From: Octopus vulgaris
Taxonomy: Eukaryota
Assembly (NCBI GenBank): GCA_951406725.2
Contig: OX597814.1
Coordinates: forward strand, 118,978,001-119,042,000
Direction: 5' to 3'
Length of the DNA stretch: 64,000 nucleotides
Below, piece after piece: positions 1-12,560 of the stretch (within the stretch, counting starts at the first letter, position 1; every line of letters starts with the position of its first letter). The position numbers were made by a program, and so were the translations under genes. The notes beneath the pieces are model-generated. The model had not been told where the DNA came from. It ran no database searches and worked only from the letters and a program-made list of their open reading frames with translations.

Positions 1-326
1 GCGTCGTCTCAGGCCGACCAAAGCCTTGTGAGTATATTTGGTAGACGGAAACCGAAAGAAACCCGTCGTGTGTATGTGTGTGTGGTTGTGTGTGCGTATT
101 GTGTGTGTGTTCATGTCTATGTTTGTCACCACCACCGCTTGACAAACGGTGTTTGTGTGTTTACGTCCCCGTAAAATAGCGCTTCGGCAAAAAGAGACCG
201 ATAGAATAAGTACCGAGCTTAGAACGAAAATAAGTAATGGGATCGATTCCTTCGACTAAAATTCCTGAAGGAAGCGCCCCAGCACTGCTGCAGTTTAATG
301 CACGAAACAAGTAAACGCTGAAAGAT
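1..326 (+). mobile_element. SINE family A (tRNA-like head, internal (TG)n, stem-loop tail), cut by window start
   Basis: GGCCGACCAAAGCCTTGTGAG...GGTAGACGGAAAC...(TG)n...GTTTACGTCCCCGTAA...GAGACCGATAGAATAAGTAC, matching the copies at 16769, 36171 and 52925. Confidence 0.85.
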
Positions 327-1680
327 AGTGGGAATTGGCAATGTGTAAATAGAGATCACATTAATTCCTACCCATTTAATTTAACCATTAAGATCTTTGG
401 TAATGTAATGTATTTGATATGCTGGTCACCATTGCTCCAAATACTCTAACTTCACCGAACTATAAATAGTAGGTGAATCACGTGTCTGGAAAGTTAAATG
501 TCAACAATCCTTAATTTTCTACCTTGTGGGTCACCAGTATAGTAGGGAGCAGTCGTGTGTCTCCAGTTGCTTAATCATATTTCCTTCTAAAACGGTTTCA
601 TAATTTTAATTCCATATATATATTTTGTTTTTATTTTAGTGTTCAATCGTCTTCAAAAAATCAAATTCTAAAGTTTTTAAATCCAGCAAAATATTGCCAA
701 AAGTTGGTGAATTTTTGGTTAAAAACACGAAAGCGAATATAACGCTTTCAAATATTTTGTTTGGAGTTCAAACGCAGTTCACAAGTATCTAGATATATAT
801 TAAAGAATCGTTTACCTGAAGGTGATCGGTAAACATTCAGATCAAATAAATATTGAAAACAGATATATGAAAGATGTGAAATTTAGATAGAAAATATACA
901 ACTACAATCAAATTCCCCGTGTGCTTTCTCCTACCATCTGATATAGAAACTTTAATGTGAATAACTTGCTTCATATTTCCCCATTCACTTGATATATTTT
1001 CCTGCGTTTAATATTTCCTTGCTGTTAACGGTACTTTCTCTATATAAAGAGTATTTTGAAATTCTAGACTTATACTAATATATTCACCAATGCTAACAAA
1101 ATGAGTGAAAGCTGATGAAAGCTGATAATATTCGAAACAGAGAATCTACAGAGAACATCATGCTAACGATCTATAGTGAACTAGAATATTTCTTTTAATA
1201 CACTTACATAATAAGGTAAAATGTATGATACCGCATAAGAATATTCCTGTACAAACTAGTATTTAACTTCCTGATAAATCTTTCCATGTATTTATGATCT
1301 TCCTATATTCTAATCATACTTTCATTTTTCTTAGAAAATTATATTATTTAGCGTTGTATAACCAACTTGTTTCTAAATTCGGCAACATATTAATATTTCT
1401 GAACAACTTAAATATGTATTCCATATAGTAATATGCAATTTTTCATAACAAATTTTAATGATGTCTCTCAGTAACAGTTTTCCATATCATTTCATGATAT
1501 GGAAATGAAAGATAATTTTCTGTGTAACGTATTTATTTCTGAATATCTTTACCTTCCCATTGTATCATATTACGTGTATATAATATATTATTTGGGAATA
1601 ATGTGTTCAAAGTTATAATTAAATATCCAATGACACAGTATATATATTTATAATATTCCTTGATACATCAATGTACATAC

Positions 1681-1720
<40 letters not shown>

Positions 1721-2249
1721 TATTTAGTATCAGTATTTGATATATAAGTATTTTACATATTTCTATGTAAGTTTATTATGTGTGCATTTGACAGGCTGGG
1801 AGATTATAAATATGTATTTTTACTATTGAGTTCTGTACAGTATCAGCTTTATTTCAATGTAATTTCGATGGCTTCACTAAAATTGCTGAAAACGTCTTCA
1901 ACATCACATGGTGATTTCTTTCTGACAGTTGCCAGTCTGTGGGGATTATTTTTATTAAAGAAAGAATAACTTTGTCAAATAAGTATTTTACGTTTTGAGA
2001 CCAAGTATGCTGCCATGTAAAATAACCACAGTTTACTCGTACCGAGGTAATTTACTTGTACCAAGTATCTACGTCTATATCATATCTCATGCTACCGTCT
2101 TACATAAAAATGCTAGTGGGTAATGGAGACATAAATATAGGCAAAGTTAAAATGGTCACTCTTGGAACGACTCTGTTTGCCAGCAAGAACTATGAGTACT
2201 AATTAGATCAACGTAAGAATAAAATCTATTTTCGCTTAACATACATCAT

Positions 2250-2450
2250 CAGCAGCAGCTGTCGTTTAAGAATTTGGACCTGGAGATCTCCATTTCCAGC
2301 GACTTCGAAGGTCACCTCCCAGTGGTGTCGGGCGTCAACGAAGAGCCCTCGACTACAACAAGACGACCAAAGTATTTTTTTCTTCCAGGGTCTGGGGTCT
2401 CCCGCTCCTAAGCCCTAGACCATCACCTAATCCCCCTAACCCGTCTTGTA
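2250..2450 (-). mobile_element. Decayed RTE-clade LINE ORF C-terminus
   Basis: Minus strand gives RSGRPQT and EVAGNGDL..ILKRQLL, resembling the RTE/Expander end RGRPRTRW...EVAxDRxxWxxLLxLLP. Confidence 0.45.
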
Positions 2451-2451
2451 C

Positions 2452-2640
2452 ACAACAACAATCAGCACCAGCAGCAACAACAACAATTATCATCATCGTC
2501 GTTGTCGTCCTCGTATCGTCGTCTTTGTCATTATTATCCACCTCCATTTCATCATCATCATCAACACCACCACCACCACCACCACCACCACTACCACCAT
2601 CATCATCATCATCATCATCAACATCATAACTATCATCAAC
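2452..2640. repeat. Compound trinucleotide repeats (CAA/CAT/CGT/CAC)n
   Basis: Directly visible. Confidence 0.9.
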
Positions 2641-3252
2641 TAATCCAGCTGGATCGGATATCGTAAATCTCTCGATTTGTGAATGTCATTTACGATCCCA
2701 GATCTACAGATAATCAGAGGGCTTCAGTTTCGGAACCAGGTTAACCTTGTCAACGTCACAGATATATAATATCTTCAAACAGCCTGTAAAAAACAGAGAA
2801 GTTGTCAAGTTGAACACTGTTTTGAATATAAACATTTCATCTTACGTTATAAAGAGGCTCGTATTACGATGAATATTTAAAGGTCACGTTTTGTGTCTCG
2901 CAATAATATATTTTTGTCTTCAAAATCAGATGCAAAGAACGTGAGAGAAAAGATACACAAAGATTACGCATTATTATGATTAATTTTGCGTACAAAATAT
3001 ACGAGTCCAGGTAGTTAATAGGTAATAGTTTATATAGAATATCATTTCCTTCAAACTTTAATATTAAGCATGATAAATTTTAAAAAACGAATTTTGAAAA
3101 AATGTCATGATGCTTAACATATATGTTTTGAAATTTCAGACCATTTTTGACGCAAGTATGGTTGAATAATGGTTTGCATACTTCTAACATTTGCCAACTA
3201 GTCTATAAGAGGTACACCATTTTTATTTAATTATACGCATGTATATATATAT

Positions 3253-3600
3253 AAGATGGAGGTGGAAATAGCACAGAAGTAAGTCGAAGACATTTCAATT
3301 TAAGGGGGAATTGAATAAAAGAAATTATTTCAAAATTATATAGAGGATATTACTGGTTTCGATGCATCGCATCTTATCAAATGTCAGTAAAAATTTATAA
3401 GAATTTGAAGTGAAAACAGTTTATCTTCTGACTGGGGGTCAAGAATATCTCTGAAGATTTTTTCACTGAAGTCTTCTTTAAATATAGTTCGGTATAGAGT
3501 TCATAGTGTTAGAGAGTGAGAGAAGGAGAGCCAGTTGCCTAAAATAGATGTTTGTGTGTGCCTGTCAAAGGAGTGGCTAAAGAGTATTTCTTGAATGGGC
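3253..3600 (-). mobile_element. Penelope-like terminal fragment
   Basis: Lies between microsatellites and carries a minimal hammerhead motif about 90 nt from its minus-strand 3' end, the layout of Penelope-like pseudo-LTRs. Confidence 0.45.
3346..3385 (-). ncRNA. Minimal type I hammerhead ribozyme, U3-A8 variant
   Basis: Minus strand: GACAT-TTGATAA-GATGC gat GCATC-GAAAC-CA-GTA-ATATC; 5-bp stem II, stem I with one mismatch. Confidence 0.6.
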
Positions 3601-3619
3601 TTTATGTCCACTTATGTGA

Positions 3620-3661
<42 letters not shown>

Positions 3662-3749
3662 ACTGTTTAATGCCCTTTCAAATATATATATATATATATA
3701 ACTGCAAATGTGCCGCTGTGATGGTATGGTGATGTGACGATGTAGCACT

Positions 3750-3866
3750 GCGACACTGTGTGGTGAGGAGTTTGTTTTCCAAACACATGGTTCCACATTC
3801 AGTCTCACCGCGTAGTACCTTAGCAAGGAGTTCTACTATGGCCTCAGCTCGACCAAAGCCCTTATG

Positions 3867-3867
<1 letters not shown>
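3750..3867 (+). mobile_element. SINE family A, degenerate 5' part
   Basis: CTGTGTGGTGAGGAG...CACATGGTTCC...TTCTACTATGGCCTC...GACCAAAGCC. Confidence 0.7.
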
Positions 3868-3960
<93 letters not shown>

Positions 3961-4191
3961 TGTGTGTGTTTGTGTGTGTGAGTGTGTGTGTGGATGGATG
4001 TATAAGGTAGAAAATATTTTAGTAGGAAAAGATACATGGTGGATATAAATAGAGAAAGGGATAAGATGAAAAAACACACAAGATTTGTTTTCCAGGATTT
4101 AAGAGTATATTAGAGCCATGATAATAATGATATTATACAAGTTTGTACAACATAAGGTTTTGTTCTTTCAACTGAAGAAAAGACTTTTTCA

Positions 4192-4572
4192 CTTTTATTC
4201 TTTTACTTGTTTCCGTCATTTGACGGTGGCCATGCTGGAGCACCGCCTTTAGTCGAGAAAATCAACCCCCAGGACTTATTCTTTGTAAACCTAGTACTTA
4301 TTCTATCGGTCTGTTTTGCCGAACAGCTAGGTTACGAGGACGTAAACTCACCAGCATCAGTTGCCAAGCGACAAACACAGACACACAAATATATACAGAC
4401 ACACACACACATATATATATATACATATATACGACGGGTTTTTTTCAGCTTCCGTCTAACAAATCCACTCACAAGGCTTTGGACGGCCCGAGGCTATATT
4501 AGAAGACACTTGCCCAAGGTGCCACACAGTGGGACTGAACCCAGAAGCATGAGGTTTGTAAGCAAGCTACTT
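4192..4572 (-). mobile_element. SINE family A lacking about the first 23 nt of its head
   Basis: Reverse complement of the copy at 16769-17215. Confidence 0.9.
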
Positions 4573-5404
4573 TATTTTATTTCATTGGCCATGAAGGCCG
4601 TATACGGAGAGATCAGTGACGAAAAGGATGGTATAAATTGGAGGACGCAAAAGACGCCCGCCGATCTTCTGCTTCTGTAAAACATTGCTCTTTCTTGTTT
4701 TGTTTTATTTTCTATTTAAAACAAAACACAACAAATTGAGGTATTTAACCTCTTACCTCAGTTCTACAATTACTGGACTTAATAGTCCATTACAAATTGA
4801 GGCGCTGAGCCTCTTACAAACAATAAACATTTAGGCACCCTAGTTTCTTTATATTTCCTCCCCGACCAGGCCGTGTGCCTCCTGCAGGCAATGATCCATT
4901 TCCAGGGTGGGGCCCCAGAAGGCGAAACTAAACTGGTTCTTCGGAAAGGAGCCCATTACGCTGAACAAATCCGGGTCTTCAGTCCAGGACATGGTCTCCT
5001 CCCTCCAGCCCTCTAGCTTCCTAAAAAAGCTCTGAATTATCCCTCTCTTATGGAAGAAAATAACAAAATTATCTCTCGTTGCACTGACTTTCAAAAATCG
5101 AAATATTAGTATTTCTAAATCTCTCTAAATATAAGTAAATAAACCTTCGAAGTGACGGTCAGCAGCGACGCCTGCTGGGCTCGGCTACTCCACATTGCTA
5201 AGGGGAAAATACCCCGAAACTAGTCTGTGGGTGGAAGGTCAAATCAACAAGGGGAAGCTGCTGACCTCCCTTGCTTGAAGGTTTTACTGGACACAGGTTT
5301 GTGTGTCACATATTTAGCTAGAGGCGATGGCCACTTGGGGCTAATCAACGGCAGCATTCGTCCTATTTTCCTGGACTGCCATGTTAGCTTGGCGTTCACT
5401 ATTA
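4573..5404 (-). mobile_element. Internally deleted L1/Tx1-like LINE derivative (5' UTR, ORF1-like start, 3' end)
   Basis: GC-richer block. Minus strand starts TAATAGTGAACGCCAAGCTAACATGGC (YY1-like AACATGGC) next to (TA)n, contains the non-repetitive ORF 4849-5094, and ends CATGGCCAATGAAATAAAATAAA, similar to the LINE-type ends at 33778 and 61925. Confidence 0.4.
5185..5234 (+). ncRNA. Minimal type I hammerhead ribozyme, U3-A8 with A6C
   Basis: CCACA-TTGCTAA-GGGG aaaata CCCC-GAAAC-TA-GTC-TGTGG; perfect 5-bp stem I, 4-bp stem II, palindromic ACTAGT stem III. Confidence 0.7.
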
Positions 5405-5418
5405 ATATATATATATAT

Positions 5419-5660
5419 TAGAAGAAATGAGGTACTCAGAAATCTCGATGGTATTATATTTACAGATATTTATTTATTAGTATGTTACATGTTTTTATAA
5501 ATCATATATCATATATAGCGCTTTCGTCCACTCTAGTGGAGTTGTCAAGTTGAACTTTTGCAAGAATTTTGTCTCTTTTTATAGTATTATTGAGTGTGTA
5601 GTGGTGGCGACAGATATACGATAGTACAAAAGGGTGAGGAATGGGGAAAAACTGAGAGTG
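5419..5660 (-). mobile_element. Penelope-like terminal fragment with decayed hammerhead (5516-5555)
   Basis: Minus strand TTGACAA-cTCCACT ag AGTGGAc-GAAA-GCGC-TA, followed by AATAAA and ending at (TA)n. Confidence 0.45.
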
Positions 5661-5767
5661 CGCGCAGCGTGTGTGTGTGTGTGTGTTTGTATCTGAAAGG
5701 AGGGTTAAAGAAGTATATATGTATATTTATGTATGTATATCTATGTATGAATACATACATAGATCTT

Positions 5768-6000
5768 CTTATTTCTTTATTGCCCAGAAGGGGCTAAACA
5801 TAGAGGGGACAAACAAGGACAGACAAACGGATTAAGTCGATTACATCTACCCCAGTGCGGAACTCGTACTTAATTTATCGACTCCGAAAGGATGAAAGGC
5901 AAAGTCGACCTCGGTTGAATTTGAACTCAGAACATAACGGCAGACGAAATACCGCTAAACATTTTTCCCGGCGCACTAACGATCCTGCAAGCTCACCGCC
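5768..6000 (-). mobile_element. SINE family C
   Basis: Reverse complement of GGCGGTGAGCTTGCAG...GAGTTCAAATTC...GAGGTCGACTTTGCCTTTCATCCTTTCGG...TTTAGCCCC...AATAAAGAAATA; matches 15538. Confidence 0.9.
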
Positions 6001-7729
6001 TTTTAAAAGCGTTCTTCTTAGCCATACGACCATGCCTGGAAAATTATGTTGATTAATTCCTAAAGTTTTTATCAAGGAAAGTTCGAAATATTCCAAATCT
6101 TAAATTCATTTTTAAACATGAGCTTTAGATTAAAAATGTTAAAGTTCCCGAGGAAATGCCTTCAACTGTTTTGCTTTATGCTTTTTACATTTACATTTCA
6201 AATGTCTTTTACTTTTAAATCACTGTATCCATATAATAAATGCCAGTAAATCACTGGAATTTATAAGACTGACTGCAAAACTTTCCCAAAATACTTGGCT
6301 TTATTCCATCTTAAGAAAATTGTACAACTGTTGCATGCAGTACCATTATGTAATATATCTGCTATTGAATTCCTTCTCTCTCTCCCTAAATACCAGCCTA
6401 TAACGCTGTTTTCATGAAATATCTGCCTGCTGCGTCTTCCGAAGAAGTGAGGAAATTAAATACTGAAATAATAAGCTCTATTTTCCTACTTTTACTTATT
6501 CGAGAATCAACCTCAGGCAGGGACCAATAGTAATTTCCAAGACTGGAAATTAGGATAGGCCATATAATTTGTAATTTAAGATATTATTATTACCGAAACT
6601 GGACATGGAGGTCAGAAAGGATTCATATTTGACGTAATTTCAGGATTGGTGTAAAGTATATTTTGTGAAGAAAAAATTCGATATTGGCAAACGAATGAGA
6701 ACATGTAAGACCTTCAAGAATGTCGGACACACCGAACTAACATGACATTTTCCCCAACTGAATAATTAAGTGATATTATTTATCAATTTCTACCTCAGGC
6801 CTCAAACCACATATTTAGAGAAAATTGATCAAATGATTAAGTTGATATAAACCCTATTTCTTGAATGAAACATTTATATCGATCAAAAGCGTAGAGTTTG
6901 TTTCGGCGTTATTCGAACTTAGAACGTTATGCTACGATACTAAAACCATAAATCCAATGTTGTACTGCTTTTTGTTATCCTCCACTCTTGGTGACTTTAA
7001 TTATTAAACTACAGTAAGTGTTATTCGAAATCTTTATACAGTAAAATTACATTAGAATAATTATTGACTTCTTACATCAGTAGAAATTATACAACTGAAA
7101 TAAGCAGAGTGACATACGCATGAATTCGTGTTTAAAACTAGATTAGACGAAAAGTAGTCGGAAAATTTTGTGTTCACGTATTACTGAATATGGTGAGTGG
7201 CGTTACTGAAGTGAAACCTTGAAATCTAAACTAATATTGACTTCCAGTAATTAATAGTGCTAAACAGTAACATTTACAAACAAGGCAACTGTACTGACAT
7301 GATTTTCAAGACCATAACGATTGGGAGAGAACTACATTGTTTATTAGATTCAGCCAAAATACTTAAAATTCACTGTAGATAACAAATATCGCTATTGGTG
7401 TATAGGTTTAGTGTAAAGAAATAGCGCAATATATTTGTCTGGTGCTGTTTCGACTTCTTTTCATAAAGTTGTACATATTAATTTCCATCAGATGCACGAA
7501 GCGTATTCCAAATTATTGGGTAGAAGGAACAAATGATTAAATTAATGACAATTGACAAACATTTGTCGCTCCACAACCATCATTTCTGCTCGTCAGGGTG
7601 AATATTAAATTGACCTTGACGCGATCAAAGTTTAATAAATGCCTAACGTAATGCCGAAATCTATTTTGTTATGCATTTGAAAGATTCAGTAACTGTTTTT
7701 GAAAGTTAATATTGGTTAGCTACATTGGC

Positions 7730-7914
7730 ACGGGACCAGTAATTTTCCGAGGGGGATAGAAGCACTCCAGTGCTCAAATGGTATTTATCTTATCGACTCC
7801 GGAAATAGGAAAAGCAAAGTCGATGTCGATGGAATTTGAGCACAGAATGTACAGAGGGGCGAAAAGCCGTTAGTGAATTCGCCCGGCGTACGAACAGATA
7901 CTGCCAGCTCGCCG
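7730..7914 (-). mobile_element. SINE family C, older copy with alternative tail
   Basis: TTATCGACTCCGGAAATAGGAAAAGCAAAGTCGA...CTGCCAGCTCGCCG. Confidence 0.7.
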
Positions 7915-8014
7915 TTAATATCAAAATCTATTCTGAGTAAAATATTTTATAGAACATGAAAAAATAGTATATAGTTGATAGTCATGCAATATGTCTCTGA
8001 TCCAGCAATTTTCT

Positions 8015-8325
8015 TTTATTTATGCGCCCTTTTCAAGCCTAGCCAGGCTCGTGGGCCCGGTTTCCCGGTTTCTATGGCGTATGTGTCCCCATCCCCAGCT
8101 GGACGGACGCTAGTCCATCGTAGCGTTACTCAAGAAACAGGACGAAAGAGTGAGAGAAAGTTGGGGCGAAAGAGTACAACAGGGGTCGCCACTACCTCTT
8201 GCCGGAGCCTCGTGGAGCTTTAGGCGTTTTCGTTCAATAAACACACACAACGCCCGGTCTGGGAATCGAAAGCGCGATCCTCTGACCACGAACCGCTGCC
8301 CTAACCATTGGGCCATTGCGCCTCC
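8015..8325 (-). mobile_element. SINE family B (tRNA-Arg-like head), tail type 2
   Basis: Minus-strand head GGAGGCGCAATGGCCCAATGGTTAGGGCAGCGG with A/B-box-like motifs; tail ...GATGGACTAGCGTCCGTCCAGC...GGGCGCATAAA; matches 61249. Confidence 0.9.
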
Positions 8326-9175
8326 AATCCAGCAAATTAATGAAACGCAAATAGCCGAATAAGAATTATAGTCATGCACCCATCGCAATGAGGAGCATTA
8401 TAGAGGAGATATGAAGAACTGAATATATAGAGTAAAGCATTGTATTATGGACATATGGTAAAGTCTCTGCTGGTACGCTCATAGATTCTACTGATGTCTC
8501 CACGTAGGTGACCAAGATGCACAATTTCAGAGCATAACTGTTGGCTGATTTTCCACTTCAATAAATATTGGTGATGTACATCGTAGCACAGTTTATGAGC
8601 TAGTAATGTCACTGATGAAACACCTGTGTCGTTGTATAATTTTGTTTTGATTTTCACATAAAACTATAAAATAAATCAAGACAAGACAAACATGAAAATT
8701 GGGGAAGGAATGTCAGTGCACTTGACTTGTTACAGGGCGTCGGAAACTGATTGGAAGACGCAAGAGATCCTCAAACCGGAAAAATTGGCCCGAGTGCTTA
8801 CAACATCCGAAATGCCAGTTGGTGGTGATAAATGGAACGATAGATTAAGTCACCACCCAAGAAATCAATTTCGAGATTGTGATTAGAATGCAAAAAGCTA
8901 TAACAAATATAACAAAGCAACTAGTCTACCGTTCTTACAATGCTGCCGTTCGACCATATTGGATTGATATGCTTTCATCGAGCGCAAAAAATTAAAATCA
9001 GCAAGAGCCGCGGTAGGTGTTTAATATAACTAGCTGAGTGTCGAAGCAAATAACAGAAAACAGTCATTGGGTGATTGAACAGTAACTCCCTAGTTTCAAT
9101 TACTTATAAATTATGTATTTATTGTAATTTTTTTAAATGGATATGAGAGGAAAGCTTTTAGTATGAGGTTTTATT

Positions 9176-9425
9176 TAAAATTCACTATGGACTCCAGATG
9201 ATGCCACCTTCTTGAGTCACATAGGAATTGCGTCAACTGATTTCATCAGATACCGTTTTGGGGTAGATAAAAACATAACTTCTCGTTTTCCCAAAGCCTT
9301 TGGTTTGTTACAGTGGTCTTGTTCATTTAATCAACCTCAAAGAAAAAAGTCATAGGTTGCTAAGTCGGGTCCCCTGGCTGGGTACTCTTGCAGACCACAA
9401 CGACCCTTTCGTTTCCTAGAGAAGT
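9176..9425 (-). pseudogene. Tc1/mariner-superfamily transposase C-terminal relic
   Basis: Minus strand GRCGLQEYPARGPDLATYDFFL*G*LNEQ...LMKSVDAIP...EF*, resembling WPxRSPDLTPxDFFLWG. Confidence 0.65.
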
Positions 9426-9636
9426 GAGCAATCAAACGACAAGTGCAATATGATTACACATTTAATTCTCATACTTCAAAAAGCAAACACCAAAAGAAAT
9501 TTGAGAAAATATTCCTAGACATAAATAATTTATAAGTATTTTAGAATAGGGTGTATGTATGTATGTATGTATGTATGTATGTATGTATGTATGTATGTAT
9601 GTATGTATGTATGTATGTATGCATGTATATACACAC

Positions 9637-9864
9637 ACAAGTTGAGGGTGAAATGTTCCTGGCTTTAAGAGTATCACGAAAGGCCTGGGTCGAAGCCCAA
9701 ACTTCTGAGTTCTTTTACAGGGTTTAGAAAAAGACTGAAGGACTGCTGCAAAAAGTGTGTGAATCTGAGAGGGGAATATGTTCAATAAAATCATAATCAA
9801 AATTAACTTATCATCCTGGAATTTCTTTTACGCATAGCCCGGAACTTCCCGGGAAAGCCTCTTT

Positions 9865-9866
<2 letters not shown>
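9637..9866 (+). mobile_element. Degenerate mariner-derived MITE
   Basis: Contains the mariner C-terminus CKKCVNLRGEYVQ*; decayed TIR-like ends (TGAAATGTTCCTGGCT / AGCCCGGAACTT). Confidence 0.6.
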
Positions 9867-9903
<37 letters not shown>

Positions 9904-9959
9904 GAGAGTATGTAGAATATTTGACTCTATGGGTAGTTTTAACTTATTTGTGTACAGAA

Positions 9960-10800
9960 TGTGATGACATATGATTTCTTTCGTTTCTTCTTTCCATTTG
10001 GAATGCATTGAAGATTGGTGCAGAAAAATCGAGAACCCATATCTTACAAACACGCTGTTTGAGGGATGCAATCAATATGTTGTCTTTACACCATATTAAT
10101 CGTCTCTTGTCGAATCGTGTTATTTGAGACAACTTTGAACCTAATCCTATCGTTCCTTCTTCCATTAAAATATATTCCTTATACTACATTTTTGATGTTG
10201 TGTATTATTCTGTTTGATGTTTTCATGGGTTACACTTTAAGTCTGATATTTTGGACTAAGGGTTTCTCGGTTATTATTGTATTGCGGTTATAACTGACCA
10301 TCTTCTACTTGTGGCAAGATCTGTGTATGACGTCAATTGCATGTGAAGCTGTGTGCTTGTTTTCAGAAAGTGTAGAAAGCTCGTAAATTTATTACAAATA
10401 GAAAGGGGGAGTGAAAATATCTTTGTCGTACACTGTTCTGAGCAGAGTTGTTCTTGTGCACTACACCTTCTCGACTACCTAACATAAAGTTTGCCGTTGT
10501 ATTTGAATCACAAGCCATTGCATTTAAAATGCAAACACTGTTGGTCTCGTTTCTTTTTTGTATTCTGCGGATCAATAAAATAAATAAGAGTCAAGTTGTG
10601 ACATGATTTAATTTGTTGTGCTAACCCAATAATATGACAATGTTTGAAATCAATATATTAATATATTTTGTTTGTATAGCTTGTGTTAAGTTATTGAATA
10701 TATTAATATGAAAAATAGATTCGGGAATATATAATGGATGTGACTGAAAGGCAAGTAGTTACAAAAAAGAAGATACGTGATTGCTGTATTAATGTTTGCT
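9960..10800 (-). pseudogene. Possible highly decayed piggyBac-like transposase
   Basis: Ordered weak motifs on minus strand: MACDSNT, FYTF, WVLDFSAPIFNAF; judged by eye only. Confidence 0.25.
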
Positions 10801-11779
10801 TAGTTTATGCAGATAGCATTTCTATTAACATACCACTTCAAATATCGACATCTATGATGTCTTAATGTCCTCTATCCCTGTACATGTACTAGAAGGAGAA
10901 GACCACATTGCACCAAATGAAAGAGTTGAACTTAGGTGTGCAAATTTGCATAAAATATCAATTGTACAGAGCTGCCGCAACGTAAGACGACGTTGATCGA
11001 TATCCGCAGGACGTAGCCAGTTGGGTTTATAAAGTTCATAAATTCCTATCTAATACGATGTACAACTTCCTATGATATCACCAATAATTTGGTTTTTGCA
11101 TTTCAAGTCAGGAAAACTGTCCTGTTTTCGCATTTTATTAATTCTTTTGAGTATCAAAAATATGAGTGATAAATATCAATTCTAGAAGACTAATTTAGAA
11201 TATTCTACCGCTATCAAGAATGCAATTTTCCAAATCGTACGGGCCAATATTTAATGATGATGATGATGCCTATGAATTACAACATGGCTGTGATATATTC
11301 TGCTGATATTTACAAACGTATTTCAATTCAATCAAATAATTATAGCAGTTAATACTAAGTTGTCTACTATTTATCGCAAATATCAAAGCTACAAATCTTA
11401 CAAAAAAAAAAAAAAAAAATATTTCTATACCGAAAATACATACATCAAAGTTTCCGGCTATAAACAAAAAAAATATCCATTTATTATCATCAAGTTTGCC
11501 ATTTTCTCCTCTATTCAATATTTTTTGTCCATCGTTGCACATCCTTTAATGCTTACGTTATATTATTTTGTTTCCGCTTCTTTCTTTCTTTCCTTCATCC
11601 TTTCTTTCTTTTTGTCTTTCATACTTTTATCTTATCTACTTTTCTTCTTTTTTTTTTGTATTCTTAACTTTTGTGTTGAGACGATATCATTAGGATAGAA
11701 AACGCTATTCAAAATAACAGTAACAGATATTTCCATGATAGACACAGACACACGCGCACAGACTTGCACATATCAATCT

Positions 11780-12560
<781 letters not shown>

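Noticed and set aside
1110-1150. CTGATGA...GAAAC resembling a hammerhead
   Set aside because: No stem II, stem I or NUH triplet pairing; explained by a short GAAAGCTGAT duplication.
2353-2800. Good minus-strand splice acceptor (TTCTCTGTTTTTTTACAG, exon would start at 2783) upstream of ORF 2353-2547
   Set aside because: All three frames close within about 80 nt, and the ORF consists of trinucleotide repeats plus a LINE relic. A non-coding exon cannot be excluded without RNA data.
2800-5555. Exact 16-nt match AGTTGTCAAGTTGAAC at 2800 and 5540
   Set aside because: The flanks do not align, so it is treated as chance.
8367-9085. Possible Tc1-like relic (GRRKL motif, faint inverted ends)
   Set aside because: Only one short motif, and the TIR similarity is too weak.
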